This document shows, piece by piece, positions 11,627-23,923 of a stretch of 40,000 bases of DNA. The DNA is from Hydrogenobacter sp. RSW1 (GTDB lineage Bacteria; Aquificota; Aquificia; Aquificales; Aquificaceae), in assembly GCA_038009385.1 (NCBI GenBank), contig JBBPCA010000011.1, positions 12,479 through 52,478 on the forward strand, given 5' to 3'. Made by a program: the position numbers and the translations under genes. The notes beneath the pieces are model-generated. The model was not told the origin of the DNA, searched no databases, and saw nothing but the letters and a program-made list of their open reading frames with translations. Positions within the stretch are counted from its first letter, which is position 1. The number at the start of each line of letters is the position of its first letter.

Positions 11627-12620
11627 ATGGAAGATAGCTTTTACCGGCGTTAATGATGAAGATCTCGAGTTTTACAAAGACCATCTGAAAGAGTATGAAA
11701 GTAAGTTTTTTAAGAAACGAATAGAAGAGATTGATCTAAAAGAGATTAAAGAAGCTCACATTCTTTGTGTTTTTGTTTTTGATAAGCTTACAGGCAAAGT
11801 GCTATCTGAATTTGAGAATTTGAGGTTGATAATTACCCGTTCAGCAGGTTATGATCACATCGATTTAAAGTTCTGTAAAGATAGAGGGATCAAAGTGGCT
11901 CACATGCCTGCTTACTCTCCCAAATCTATAGCTATGCATACCATAAGCCTGATTTTGAATTTAACTAGAAAAATCAAGAAGGTTCAAAAGAGGACTCTTG
12001 ACCTAAATTACTCCCAAGAACCAGAAATTTTGGCGACGGACCTTGATGAGCTAACTGCAGGTATCGTTGGAACAGGTAGAATAGGAAGCTGGACTGCCAA
12101 ACTTCTGTATCATCTGGGTTGTAAAGTTATTGCACACGATATACTAGAAAACGAAGAGCTAAAATCCTTAGGGGTGGAGTATAAATCCTTAGAAGAGCTG
12201 CTTAAGGTCAGTGATATAGTTTCTTTGCATGTTCCTTACACGCCACAAACGCATCATCTTATAAACGAAAAAAGAATATCTCTTATGAAGGACTCCGCCA
12301 TATTGATCAACACATCAAGAGGAGCGGTTGTTGATACTGACGCTTTATACAGAGCCCTTTTGAACGGAAAACTTTCTGGAGTAGCCCTTGATGTTTTTGA
12401 AGATGAGGATATTCTTATTTTGAACAAATACGAGAAAGGTATTTCAAGCGATAAGAGTTTGAAAATATTAAAACTAAATACCTTTGACAATGTCATTATC
12501 ACCCCACATATTGCTTACTACACAAAAAGAGCAGTAAACAACATCAGAAAGTGCGTTGTTGAATGTATTAATATGTTTGTGCACACAAATAGCCCTGGAA
12601 GATTTGAAGTTAGCCTATGA
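11619..12620 (+). CDS. D-isomer-specific 2-hydroxyacid dehydrogenase (D-lactate dehydrogenase-like)
   Basis: ITRSAGYDHIDL, GIVGTGRIGSW, LHVPYTPQTHHLIN, INTSRGAVVDTDAL, GVALDVFEDE, ITPHIAYYT; TTG start at 11607 or ATG at 11619. Confidence 0.9.
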   Translation: MVKWKIAFTGVNDEDLEFYKDHLKEYESKFFKKRIEEIDLKEIKEAHILCVFVFDKLTGKVLSEFENLRLIITRSAGYDHIDLKFCKDRGIKVAHMPAYSPKSIAMHTISLILNLTRKIKKVQKRTLDLNYSQEPEILATDLDELTAGIVGTGRIGSWTAKLLYHLGCKVIAHDILENEELKSLGVEYKSLEELLKVSDIVSLHVPYTPQTHHLINEKRISLMKDSAILINTSRGAVVDTDALYRALLNGKLSGVALDVFEDEDILILNKYEKGISSDKSLKILKLNTFDNVIITPHIAYYTKRAVNNIRKCVVECINMFVHTNSPGRFEVSL

Positions 12621-12632
12621 TAAAATCCTTTA

Positions 12633-14876
12633 GTGATGATGGAAATGTACAGACTTCATGGACTTACTAAAGAGGAATACGAGCGCGTATTGGAAAAACT
12701 TGGAAGAGAACCAAACCATGTGGAACTTGGAATTTTGGGAGCCATGTGGTCAGAGCACTGTTCATACAAGTCTTCAAAGGTATTTCTCAAGATGTTTCCC
12801 ACAAAATCCGAAATGGTGGTTCAGGGTCCTGGTGAGAACGCAGGTGTTATAAAACTTGACGAGAGCGTGTGGATAACCTTTAAGGTGGAAAGCCATAACC
12901 ACCCTTCTTACATAGAGCCTTTCAACGGTGCAGCAACCGGTGTTGGAGGCATCATAAGGGATGTGCTTTCTATGGGTGCAAGACCTATAGCTCTTGGCAA
13001 TTCTCTGAGGTTTGGTCCTCTTGATGACCCTAAAACTAAGCATTTAGTAAAAGGTGTGGTCAAAGGTATCAGTGCATATGGAAATTCCATAGGCGTGCCT
13101 ACAGTATGCGGTGAAACCTTTTTTGAAGAGTGCTACATTACTAATCCTCTTGTTAATGCTTTCTGTTTAGGTGTTTTGCCTGCAGGTAAGATGTACACAT
13201 CAAGGGCAAGAGAGCCAGGTCAGGTGCTGGTGCTTATAGGCTCTTCAACAGGAAGAGATGGTGTGCACGGTGCGGTGATGGCTTCGGGCGAGTTTTCACA
13301 AGACAGGGAATCAAAAAGGTCGCATGTACAGGTGGGAGACCCTTACTTTGGCAAGAAGCTCTTAGAGGCGCTAATGGAAATCATTGAAAAAGACCTGGTG
13401 GTAGGCTTACAGGATTTAGGAGCAGCAGGGCTTGCAGGTGCCAGTTCAGAAGTAGCTAACAAATCTGGTATGGGTGTAGAACTTTACCTTGAACAAGTCC
13501 CACTTAGAGAGGAAGGCATGGAACCTTATGAGATACTCCTTTCTGAAAGTCAGGAAAGGATGCTTTTGATAACACAAGAAGAGAAGGTAAAACATATAGA
13601 AAACATAGCCAAGCGTCATCACTTAGAGTGTGCACAGGTGGGCAAGCTTACCGATGATGGTCAGTTTAGGGCTTACTTTAACGGAAATCTTGTAGCAGAA
13701 CTGCCAGTGAGTCTTATAGTTGAAGAGGCACCCGTTTATATGAGAGAGAGAACAGAACCTTCTTACTTGGTAGAGCTAAGAAAGTTCCAGCAGGAACAAC
13801 TACCTTATGTGGACCTCAAAGAAGCTTTATATAATCTTCTTTCTTCTCCCAATGTATGCTCAAAAGAATGGGTCTATAGCCAGTATGACTATCAGGTAGG
13901 TACAAACACCGTCTTAAAGCCTGGGGGTGACGCTGCAGTGCTTCGCATCAAGTGGTCAGCAAGACCCCAAATAAGAAGCGAAAGGCTCATCGCCATAACT
14001 ATGGAAGGAAACTCTCGCATGGTATACTTAAACCCTTACGAAGGTGGAAAGTTTGTAGTAGCGGAAGCTTGCAGAAACTTAGCTTGTGTGGGAGCGGTGC
14101 CTGTGGGCATCACAGACTGTCTTAATTTTGGTAATCCGGAAAGACCAGAGATCATGTGGCAACTGGAACAAGCCATAAAGGGTATGGCAGAAGCTTGTCA
14201 AAGCTTAGGTGTTCCCGTAGTGAGCGGAAATGTATCTCTGTACAACGAAACCGTTGATGAGAAAACAGCGAGGAACATATACCCAACCCCGGTGGTAGTA
14301 GCTGTAGGCGTTGTAGAAAACAGAAAGTTTTTAGACCATAAGTTTAAGGAAGATGGGCATCTCATATTTCTTATTGGAGATCTAAAAAGAGGTTCAAAAG
14401 TTGACGGAAGTGAGTTTCTCAAGAGAATACACGGTAAAGTTTTGGGGGATGTGCCGGAGGTTAATCTTGAAAAAGAAAAAGCCCTGCACGGTTTACTTCT
14501 CAGGTTGATAAATGAAGACCTCATACTATCCGCTCATGATGTTTCAACGGGTGGTTTAATGCTGTGCTTGTTGGAATGCCTTTTTGGAACTTCCTTAGGT
14601 GCCACCATAAACCTCTATACAGATGAAAGGCTTGACTTCTTTTTATTTTCAGAAAATCCTACGAGGGTGGTGGTGAGTGTGAAAAAAGAAGATGCAGAAA
14701 CCTTTAAAGACATGGTAGAAGCGAAAGGTATAGATTGGGTGCTCTTAGGCAGGACAACGGATGACGGGATATTAAGAATAGAGCTTTACGACGAGCCAGT
14801 AATGGAGGAAAAGTTAGAACCGCTGGAGGAACTATGGAAAAACACCTTAGAAAAAGCCTTGTCGCATACCTTATAA
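12633..14876 (+). CDS. purL: Phosphoribosylformylglycinamidine synthase subunit PurL
   Basis: GAMWSEHCSYKSSK, VQGPGENAG, KVESHNHPSYIEPFNGAATGVGGI. Confidence 0.97.
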   Translation: MMMEMYRLHGLTKEEYERVLEKLGREPNHVELGILGAMWSEHCSYKSSKVFLKMFPTKSEMVVQGPGENAGVIKLDESVWITFKVESHNHPSYIEPFNGAATGVGGIIRDVLSMGARPIALGNSLRFGPLDDPKTKHLVKGVVKGISAYGNSIGVPTVCGETFFEECYITNPLVNAFCLGVLPAGKMYTSRAREPGQVLVLIGSSTGRDGVHGAVMASGEFSQDRESKRSHVQVGDPYFGKKLLEALMEIIEKDLVVGLQDLGAAGLAGASSEVANKSGMGVELYLEQVPLREEGMEPYEILLSESQERMLLITQEEKVKHIENIAKRHHLECAQVGKLTDDGQFRAYFNGNLVAELPVSLIVEEAPVYMRERTEPSYLVELRKFQQEQLPYVDLKEALYNLLSSPNVCSKEWVYSQYDYQVGTNTVLKPGGDAAVLRIKWSARPQIRSERLIAITMEGNSRMVYLNPYEGGKFVVAEACRNLACVGAVPVGITDCLNFGNPERPEIMWQLEQAIKGMAEACQSLGVPVVSGNVSLYNETVDEKTARNIYPTPVVVAVGVVENRKFLDHKFKEDGHLIFLIGDLKRGSKVDGSEFLKRIHGKVLGDVPEVNLEKEKALHGLLLRLINEDLILSAHDVSTGGLMLCLLECLFGTSLGATINLYTDERLDFFLFSENPTRVVVSVKKEDAETFKDMVEAKGIDWVLLGRTTDDGILRIELYDEPVMEEKLEPLEELWKNTLEKALSHTL

Positions 14877-15325
14877 CCTTTTTTCTCATCTTATCAAGCG
14901 ATTTAATAACTAAACAGTTGGCAGAGCACCATCTTCATAACAGAGAAGTGAGTTTACTGCCCTTTTTACACTTAGTGCTAGTTTACAATAAAGGGGTGGC
15001 TTTTGGTATTTTCTCAAACGCGCCAGACATCATTAGACTACCTCTCGTGCTTTTAAGTCCATTGATAGCGTTAGTTCTCACTTTTTTGTATGCCGTTAAA
15101 CGCAAAGATATAACAAACGCTCTCCTTATGGGTATGGTAGCCGGTGGTGCCATAGGAAACTTCTATGATAGATTTTTTTTAGGCTATGTCAGGGATTTTA
15201 TATACCTATCTTACGGTAAGTTCTCTTGGCCAGCTTTTAACCTTGCGGACATGGGTATAAGCGTAGCTATATTACTTTTGCTCACATTTTCTCTTGGCCA
15301 TTCTGGTAGCCATCGCAAAAACTAA
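14834..15325 (+). CDS. lspA: Signal peptidase II (lipoprotein signal peptidase)
   Basis: SDLITKQL, VYNKGVAFGIF, GGAIGNFYDRFFLGYVRDFI, WPAFNLADMGI. Confidence 0.95.
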   Translation: MEKHLRKSLVAYLITFFLILSSDLITKQLAEHHLHNREVSLLPFLHLVLVYNKGVAFGIFSNAPDIIRLPLVLLSPLIALVLTFLYAVKRKDITNALLMGMVAGGAIGNFYDRFFLGYVRDFIYLSYGKFSWPAFNLADMGISVAILLLLTFSLGHSGSHRKN

Positions 15326-15327
15326 AA

Positions 15328-15399
15328 TGGGCGATGGAGGGTTCGAACCTCCGACCTCCATCGTGTGAGGATGGCGCTCTACCGCTGAGCTAATCGCCC
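15328..15399 (-). tRNA. tRNA-Val (anticodon CAC)
   Basis: Reverse strand GGGCGATTAGCTCAGCGGTAGAGCGCCATCCTCACACGATGGAGGTCGGAGGTTCGAACCCTCCATCGCCCA folds into a full cloverleaf; anticodon loop CTCACAC; 3' CCA not encoded. Confidence 0.96.
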
Positions 15400-15441
15400 T
15401 CTTTAGTTAATTAAATTATAACATCAGATTATAATGGTGGT

Positions 15442-16368
15442 ATGGAAGCGTACATTATGGGTTCTGACCAAAGGATAGTCAGGTGCGCAAGGGTATCCTT
15501 TGGCAAAGATGATAAGGTGGACATGGACAGGGATAAAAAGCTCATAAAGTATCTCTTTCAGCATAGGCATGCGAGCCCTTTTGAGCATGTAATAGTCGCT
15601 TTTGAAGGTGATAAGAAAGATTGGATTGATCTTATTCAAAAAGTGCAAAGCCCAGTATTTCAAGTTTATTGGGCAGGGGGTTATGTGTGGCTAAACCTGA
15701 GGAACTTCATAAACGCCTTTGAACACATCCCCCGCGCGGTAAAACAGAAAGTGAGAGAGCTTTTACCCACAACTTACGCAGTAATTAAAGGAGAAACCCC
15801 GACTGATTACTCTACAGATAGCTCCTATGTTTCTCAGAAGGTAGAAACATCTTCAGGATGGATAGGGCTTGTGGATAAGCTTGAACTTGGAACCTTGATG
15901 GATTATTACACTTTTGTGGTGGAGTGTCCTCTCTTTGTTGCAAGACAGTGGCACAGACATAGATTTGGCTCTTTTAACGAAGTGAGTAGAAGGTATGTTA
16001 GCTACGAACCTACCTTTTACATACCTTCTTATTTGCGCAAACAATCGGATAAAAACAAACAGGCGTCAACAGACGAAAAGATAGATGAACCTTGGAACTC
16101 CCTGTTTATGAAGAAGATAAAGTGGTATATAGAGGACTTGCGTACCCTTTACGAAAACATGATAGAAAAGGGAGTTGCCAAAGAGCTTGCCAGAGGCATT
16201 CTTCCACAGTTTATGCACACAAGGTTTTATTGGACTGTCCCTAGAATCTCTTTAGACAACTTTATAAGTCTAAGGACGCACGAAGGAGCGCAGAAAGAAA
16301 TAAGAGAGTTCGCTGAGGCTATAATAAGTATGGTGGGCTATAAAAATAGCGCTACTTTCAGGTTATGA
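15442..16368 (+). CDS. thyX: FAD-dependent thymidylate synthase
   Basis: ThyX signature RQWHRHRFGSFNEVSRRY; HRHASPFEHV. Confidence 0.96.
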   Translation: MEAYIMGSDQRIVRCARVSFGKDDKVDMDRDKKLIKYLFQHRHASPFEHVIVAFEGDKKDWIDLIQKVQSPVFQVYWAGGYVWLNLRNFINAFEHIPRAVKQKVRELLPTTYAVIKGETPTDYSTDSSYVSQKVETSSGWIGLVDKLELGTLMDYYTFVVECPLFVARQWHRHRFGSFNEVSRRYVSYEPTFYIPSYLRKQSDKNKQASTDEKIDEPWNSLFMKKIKWYIEDLRTLYENMIEKGVAKELARGILPQFMHTRFYWTVPRISLDNFISLRTHEGAQKEIREFAEAIISMVGYKNSATFRL

Positions 16369-16972
16369 TGCGTTTTGCCTGCTGAAGAAAGTCCTTGAAC
16401 TTTATGTTTCCCTCTCTTACTAACCTTAAGCTCTTTTTTCCTATAAGCCTAACTATGGTGGATGGTTCTCCTTTTATGTATCCTGCATCCACATACAGGT
16501 CTATATTATTACCAAAGTATTCTTGCGCCATGCTTATATCAACAGCCGGATCCTTCCCTTCTGGGTTAGCGCTGGGTGCTACGAGAGGTGTTTCTAACTC
16601 TTGCATAAGCTCCATTACAAAACTGTCCTCTTTTGGCAGTCTTATGGCTATGCTCTTTTTTCCCCTTGTGAGATATAGGGGAAAGGAGGTTTTTTTGTAA
16701 AAGATCACGGTGGCATGTGTATAAAGCAAGTCCCAGTATTTTCTGTCTGCATACAGGTCTAAATACTCAAGTATGTCCAAATCTGGAATGAGCATTATAA
16801 AAGGTCTTCCTGATGGTCTTCTTATGGAGTAAAGTCTTTCTACCGCTTCTGCATTCGTAGCATCTGCTACAAGCCCGTATATGGTGTCCGTTGGACAGAA
16901 GACTATTCCTCCTTCCTTTAATACTTTAACCGCTTTACGCAGTCCTGTCTTGTTGGCTTTTACCACCATCAT
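16358..16972 (-). CDS. tsaC: L-threonylcarbamoyladenylate synthase
   Basis: LKEGGIVFCPTDTIYGLVADA, KRP-like RRPSGRPFIMLI, LVAPSANPEG, STIVRLIG; Sua5/YciO/YrdC family. Confidence 0.9.
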   Translation of the reverse strand: MMVVKANKTGLRKAVKVLKEGGIVFCPTDTIYGLVADATNAEAVERLYSIRRPSGRPFIMLIPDLDILEYLDLYADRKYWDLLYTHATVIFYKKTSFPLYLTRGKKSIAIRLPKEDSFVMELMQELETPLVAPSANPEGKDPAVDISMAQEYFGNNIDLYVDAGYIKGEPSTIVRLIGKKSLRLVREGNIKFKDFLQQAKRIIT

Positions 16973-18027
16973 AGTTCTATAATTTTTATGATTTTATCCA
17001 AATCGGGTGGAAGGGTTATAGGCTCTTCACACACGCTCATAGCTGTGTTTGGGTCTTTAAGACCGTTTCCCGTAAGGGTACACACCACCGTCTCCCCTCC
17101 TTTAAAGAAGCCTTCTCTGGTGAGTTTTATAAGTCCGGCTATGCACGCTGCAGAAGCTGGCTCACAGAATATACCTTCCTTTGAAGCTACAAGTTTATAA
17201 GCGTTTAGTATCTCTTCATCGCTGACCGCATCTATTCTTCCACCAGACTCATTGGAAGCCTCAAGAGCATGTTGCCAACTGTATGGGTTTCCTATCTTTA
17301 TAGCGGTAGCAATGGTTTGAGGGTTTTTTATCACATAACCTTTCACTATGGGGGCTGCCCCTTCTGCTTGCCATCCCATCATTCTGGGAAGCTTTTTGAT
17401 CTTACCGTGTTTAAAATACTCCTTGTAGCCTTTCCAGTATGCGGTTATATTTCCTGCATTTCCAACAGGTATAAAGTGGTAATCTGGAGCATCACCCAAA
17501 GCGTCGCACACCTCAAAGGAAGCGGTTTTTTGCCCTTCTATACGAAAAGGATTTACTGAATTGACAATCTCAACAGGTAGAAGTTCTCCTATCTTCCTAA
17601 CCATGTATAAGGCATCATCAAAATTCCCTTGCAGAGCTATCACCTTGGCACCATATATGACCGCTTGAGAAAGTTTACCCAAGGCTACTGCACCCTTTGG
17701 AAGGATAACATAGGCTCTTAGACCGGCTTTTGCAGCATAAGCAGCGGCAGAAGCAGAGGTGTTTCCTGTAGATGCACATATGACAGCCTTTTTACCGCTT
17801 TCTACAGCTTTAGATATGGCTAAGGTCATACCTCTGTCTTTAAAAGAGCCTGTTGGATTCAGCCCTTCGTATTTGAGAAATATATCACCTTTAAAGCCTA
17901 TGACTTTTGCAAGATTTTCCGCATGTATGAGCGGTGTATTACCTTCACACAAAGTTATCACAGGTGTGTTTTCAGAAACTGGTAAAAACTCTCTGTATTT
18001 GTGTATTACACCACGCCAGTAGTTCAT
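16969..18027 (-). CDS. thrC: Threonine synthase
   Basis: [64 protein letters not shown]. Confidence 0.96.
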   Translation of the reverse strand: [352 protein letters not shown]

Positions 18028-18048
18028 AACTTACTGCTCTTTCTTTTG

Positions 18049-18114
18049 CTACTCTTGACCCTCGTTGGATTTTTCCAATTCCTTCTTGGCACCTTTTTTC
18101 TTCTCTTGTTGCAT
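18049..18114 (-). CDS. Candidate 21-aa small ORF upstream of thrC (MQQEKKKGAKKELEKSNEGQE)
   Basis: ATG preceded by AAGGAGG with 8-nt spacing; stop lies 21 nt before thrC ATG; not in ORF track because short. Confidence 0.4.
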   Translation of the reverse strand: MQQEKKKGAKKELEKSNEGQE

Positions 18115-18149
18115 AGCTTTTTCCTCCTTGCTTATATTTTATCATATAG

Positions 18150-20757
<2,608 letters not shown>

Positions 20758-20761
<4 letters not shown>

Positions 20762-21144
20762 TTTCCATCTCCTTTCTCTATAAAAATATCCCTTACATCT
20801 CTTATGTAAAAGTTTGCTTTGCCCAGTTCTGATATGGATGTGCAGTATGTCCCTAGGTCCAATCTTGCGTGTTTCTTTAAGCCTCCTTTGAGCTCCATAT
20901 CCACCTCAAGACCATCTTCTTTTTGAGAAAGCACTCTTATGTGCCTAATATCTTCAAAAGGCACCGCGTAATCAACGCTTCCTTCCTTTATTTTTAGGTA
21001 AGTTCTTCCATTACAGCTTATACCTTTAAGTTGATGAGTGATCCCTTCCTTGTCCACCACTTTAACGAGTAAATGTGTATTTACCTTAACGGGTTCTGCC
21101 ATGGATAGAAGAAATACGGAAGAGAGGATGATCCCTTTCCTCAT
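20758..21144 (-). CDS. Hypothetical secreted/periplasmic protein
   Basis: 128 aa, signal-peptide-like N terminus MRKGIILSSVFLLSMAEP; overlaps ctpA start. Confidence 0.7.
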
Positions 21145-21147
21145 AGA

Positions 21148-22731
21148 TTAAATTATACCCTCTTCTTCATCTTTTAGGAGTTTGTATATCAAGCTGTCCG
21201 TAAGAGCTATCCAAGAAGCTTCTATTATGTTTTCAGAAACACCCACAGTGCCCCACTTCCTTCTTCCGTCTGTAGATTCTATAAGCACCCTTACTTTAGC
21301 AGATGTTCCTTCCGACTCATTAACTATCCTCACTTTGTAGTCTATGAGCTGTACCTCTTTGAGATTAGGATAGAACTCTTCCAAAGCTTTTCTGAGAGAT
21401 CTGTCCAGGGCGCTTACAGGTCCATTGCCAAGCGCTGCTGTGTGCTGCTTTATATCTCCTACATAAAGTCTTACAGTAGCTTCAGATATGGGTAATACAT
21501 CTGTACTTCTTCTTGCTATAAGCACGCGATAGGCATCAAGATCAAAATAGTTTTTGACAAGTCCAAAGTGCCTTTTGCACAGTAGCTCAAAAGATGCCTC
21601 TGCTGCTTCAAAGTGATAGCCTTCTTTTTCAAGCTCCTTTATCCTTTCAACAAGCTTGACGAGTTCTGGAGACTTTTCATCTACCTGAATGCCCATCTCT
21701 TTAAGCTTGTAAAGTATGTTACTCCTGCCAGAAAGGTCTGAAACGGTCACTTTTCTTCTGTTGCCTACCAAGTATGGGTCTATATGTTCGTAAGTTTCTG
21801 ACCTTTTCATCACAGCAGAGGCATGAACACCTGCTTTGTGGGTAAAGGCACTTTCTCCTACATAAGGCATGTTTTTGGGAATAGGTATGTTGGAAACTTC
21901 CGATACAAAGTGGGCAAGTTCCGTTAGTTTTTTGAGATTTTCCGAAGGTATAACCTCAAAACCGAGCTTTAGTTGAAGGTTTGGTATTATGGAGCATAAA
22001 TTGGCATTCCCTGTCCTTTCTCCTATACCGTTTATGGTGCCATGCACCTGTCTTGCTCCTGCCAATACAGCCATCAAAGAGTTGGCAACAGCTGTATCCG
22101 AGTCATTGTGAGCGTGTATACCTATGCGTGCTTGGGGGAAAGATGCCTTAACCACCTTGGTTATCTCGTAAACCTCATTGGGTAGACTTCCTCCGTTTGT
22201 ATCACACAAAACTATCCAATCTGCACCACCTTCAAGAGCAGATTTAAGCACTGACAGTGCATATTCTGGATTGTTTTTGTACCCATCAAAGAAGTGTTCT
22301 GCATCAAAGATCACCTCTTCCACATATTCTTTTAAGTATCTTACTGTTTCGTAAACCATGTCAAGATTCTCTTCAAGGCTTGTTCCCATAGCATGAGTGA
22401 CATGAAAGTCCCAGCTTTTACCAAACACAGTGATGGCTCGCGCGCCAGACCTTAAAAGATTTTCTACTTGCTGATCTTCACGAACTTTCTTCCCAGCTTT
22501 TCTGGTGGACCCAAAAGCTACCACCTTTATGTTTTTGGTTTTTATCTTCTTTAACCTCTCAAAGAGAATGGTGTCTTTGGGATTGGCTCCTGGCCATCCA
22601 CACTCCGCATAATGCACTCCAAACTCATCAAGTTTTTCAAGTATGCGAAGCTTATCTTCTACAGAAAAATTTATACCTTCAGCCTGTGAACCATCCCTTA
22701 AGGTGGTATCGTAAATAAATACTTTTTCCAT
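21148..22731 (-). CDS. cimA: (R)-citramalate synthase (CimA) / 2-isopropylmalate synthase-like
   Basis: [58 protein letters not shown]-terminal allosteric domain. Confidence 0.93.
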   Translation of the reverse strand: MEKVFIYDTTLRDGSQAEGINFSVEDKLRILEKLDEFGVHYAECGWPGANPKDTILFERLKKIKTKNIKVVAFGSTRKAGKKVREDQQVENLLRSGARAITVFGKSWDFHVTHAMGTSLEENLDMVYETVRYLKEYVEEVIFDAEHFFDGYKNNPEYALSVLKSALEGGADWIVLCDTNGGSLPNEVYEITKVVKASFPQARIGIHAHNDSDTAVANSLMAVLAGARQVHGTINGIGERTGNANLCSIIPNLQLKLGFEVIPSENLKKLTELAHFVSEVSNIPIPKNMPYVGESAFTHKAGVHASAVMKRSETYEHIDPYLVGNRRKVTVSDLSGRSNILYKLKEMGIQVDEKSPELVKLVERIKELEKEGYHFEAAEASFELLCKRHFGLVKNYFDLDAYRVLIARRSTDVLPISEATVRLYVGDIKQHTAALGNGPVSALDRSLRKALEEFYPNLKEVQLIDYKVRIVNESEGTSAKVRVLIESTDGRRKWGTVGVSENIIEASWIALTDSLIYKLLKDEEEGII

Positions 22732-22737
22732 ACCACC

Positions 22738-22767
22738 ATTATAGGAACTTGTCAAGGAAGATGTCAA
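22738..22767 (-). promoter_or_regulatory. Candidate cimA promoter TTGACA-18-TATAAT, 6 nt before ATG
   Basis: Reverse strand TTGACATCTTCCTTGACAAGTTCCTATAATGGTGGTATGG. Confidence 0.65.
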
Positions 22768-22800
22768 CTTTTAGCATCCATGGACTGGTTAATGGTTAGG

Positions 22801-22821
22801 AGCTAAAAAATTGACATCCTC
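22801..22821 (+). repeat. 21-nt repeat copy 1 (AGCTAAAAAATTGACATCCTC)
   Basis: 18/21 identical to 24787-24807; related inverted copy at 22757-22775 (GAAGATGTCAACTTTTAGC). Confidence 0.6.
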
Positions 22822-22888
22822 GGTTATGATCAGTTAAAGGAAAGCAAGAAATTGTAAGAAAAACTAGCTAGAAACAGGAGGAAATAAC

Positions 22889-23923
22889 ATGCAAATATAT
22901 GGGGAAATAACAGGAATAAAGTATAAACCTTTCTTGTGTAACACTCTGGTACAATATGATATTGAAAAGTTTGATAAAGCGTTGTCCAAAAGTGGCAGCT
23001 TTATTCTTGAAATTGATAAAGAAAACAGAATAGCAGTAAGTAGATGGGTGTCACCTAAAAGGACAAGATCTTATCCTTATGCGAGAGTATATGATACTTT
23101 AAGTTTTTCAGGCAGAAAGATCACTATAATCCCTATAATGAAGGATGAAGGTAAAGATGGTGATAGAGACTTTTTACAGTGGGATGCTATATCATTAATG
23201 AGTTTGTTGGGGATTTATGTAATTATAGGCTATTATGTTGAAGCAGTTCGAAATCCAAAGTATGCAAATAAAATTACCAATCAAAAATTTGATACTAACT
23301 ATATAAAAAGCGAAATTAGTAGATTATTGTCATACCAATCCGATGCTTTACACTGGAATCTTGAGCAAATAGATAAAATATATCAAATAGCTAGTTTAGC
23401 TTTTGATTCTTATAATAGAATATCCAAAAATTTAGGAGTAGAAATGCATTCTATGGAAGCTGCTCAGCAAAGAATTGAAGAATTATATAAAGAAAAGGAA
23501 GAATTTATGAAGCTTTCTAGAGAACTATCATATAAAGCTCAAAGAAGAGAAAGCATTACGGTACAACCTAAGGAATCATTGAAGGGTACCAAAGGTTTGA
23601 TTACAATAAAAAACTATATAGGAGGGTATTATTATTTTACATGTGATGAGGTTGAGATTCAAGGTAATGAATTGTATTTGATTGAAGGGAAGCATAGTGC
23701 AAGTGGATATCCCAGCCTCAGTGATGTAAAGGACGGTCTTCTAAAAATGATATTGTATACAAACCTTAAAAAAGTTTATTATAACAATGAGGAATTTATA
23801 CCTATTCCTATACTTAAACTTACGACTAAGGGAGATATTTATGGATTTCCAAATTATTATGACACTCTATTAAAGGAAGCGGAAGAGAATAAATTCAAAG
23901 TTATAATAGAAAGAGTGCAATGA
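22889..23923 (+). CDS. Putative type II restriction endonuclease (PD-(D/E)XK-like)
   Basis: 344 aa; ...CDEVEIQGNELYLIEGKHSASGYPSLSDVKDG contains an acidic-x9-18-ExK-like core; ATGA overlap with adenine methylase; SD aggagg upstream. Confidence 0.6.
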   Translation: MQIYGEITGIKYKPFLCNTLVQYDIEKFDKALSKSGSFILEIDKENRIAVSRWVSPKRTRSYPYARVYDTLSFSGRKITIIPIMKDEGKDGDRDFLQWDAISLMSLLGIYVIIGYYVEAVRNPKYANKITNQKFDTNYIKSEISRLLSYQSDALHWNLEQIDKIYQIASLAFDSYNRISKNLGVEMHSMEAAQQRIEELYKEKEEFMKLSRELSYKAQRRESITVQPKESLKGTKGLITIKNYIGGYYYFTCDEVEIQGNELYLIEGKHSASGYPSLSDVKDGLLKMILYTNLKKVYYNNEEFIPIPILKLTTKGDIYGFPNYYDTLLKEAEENKFKVIIERVQ

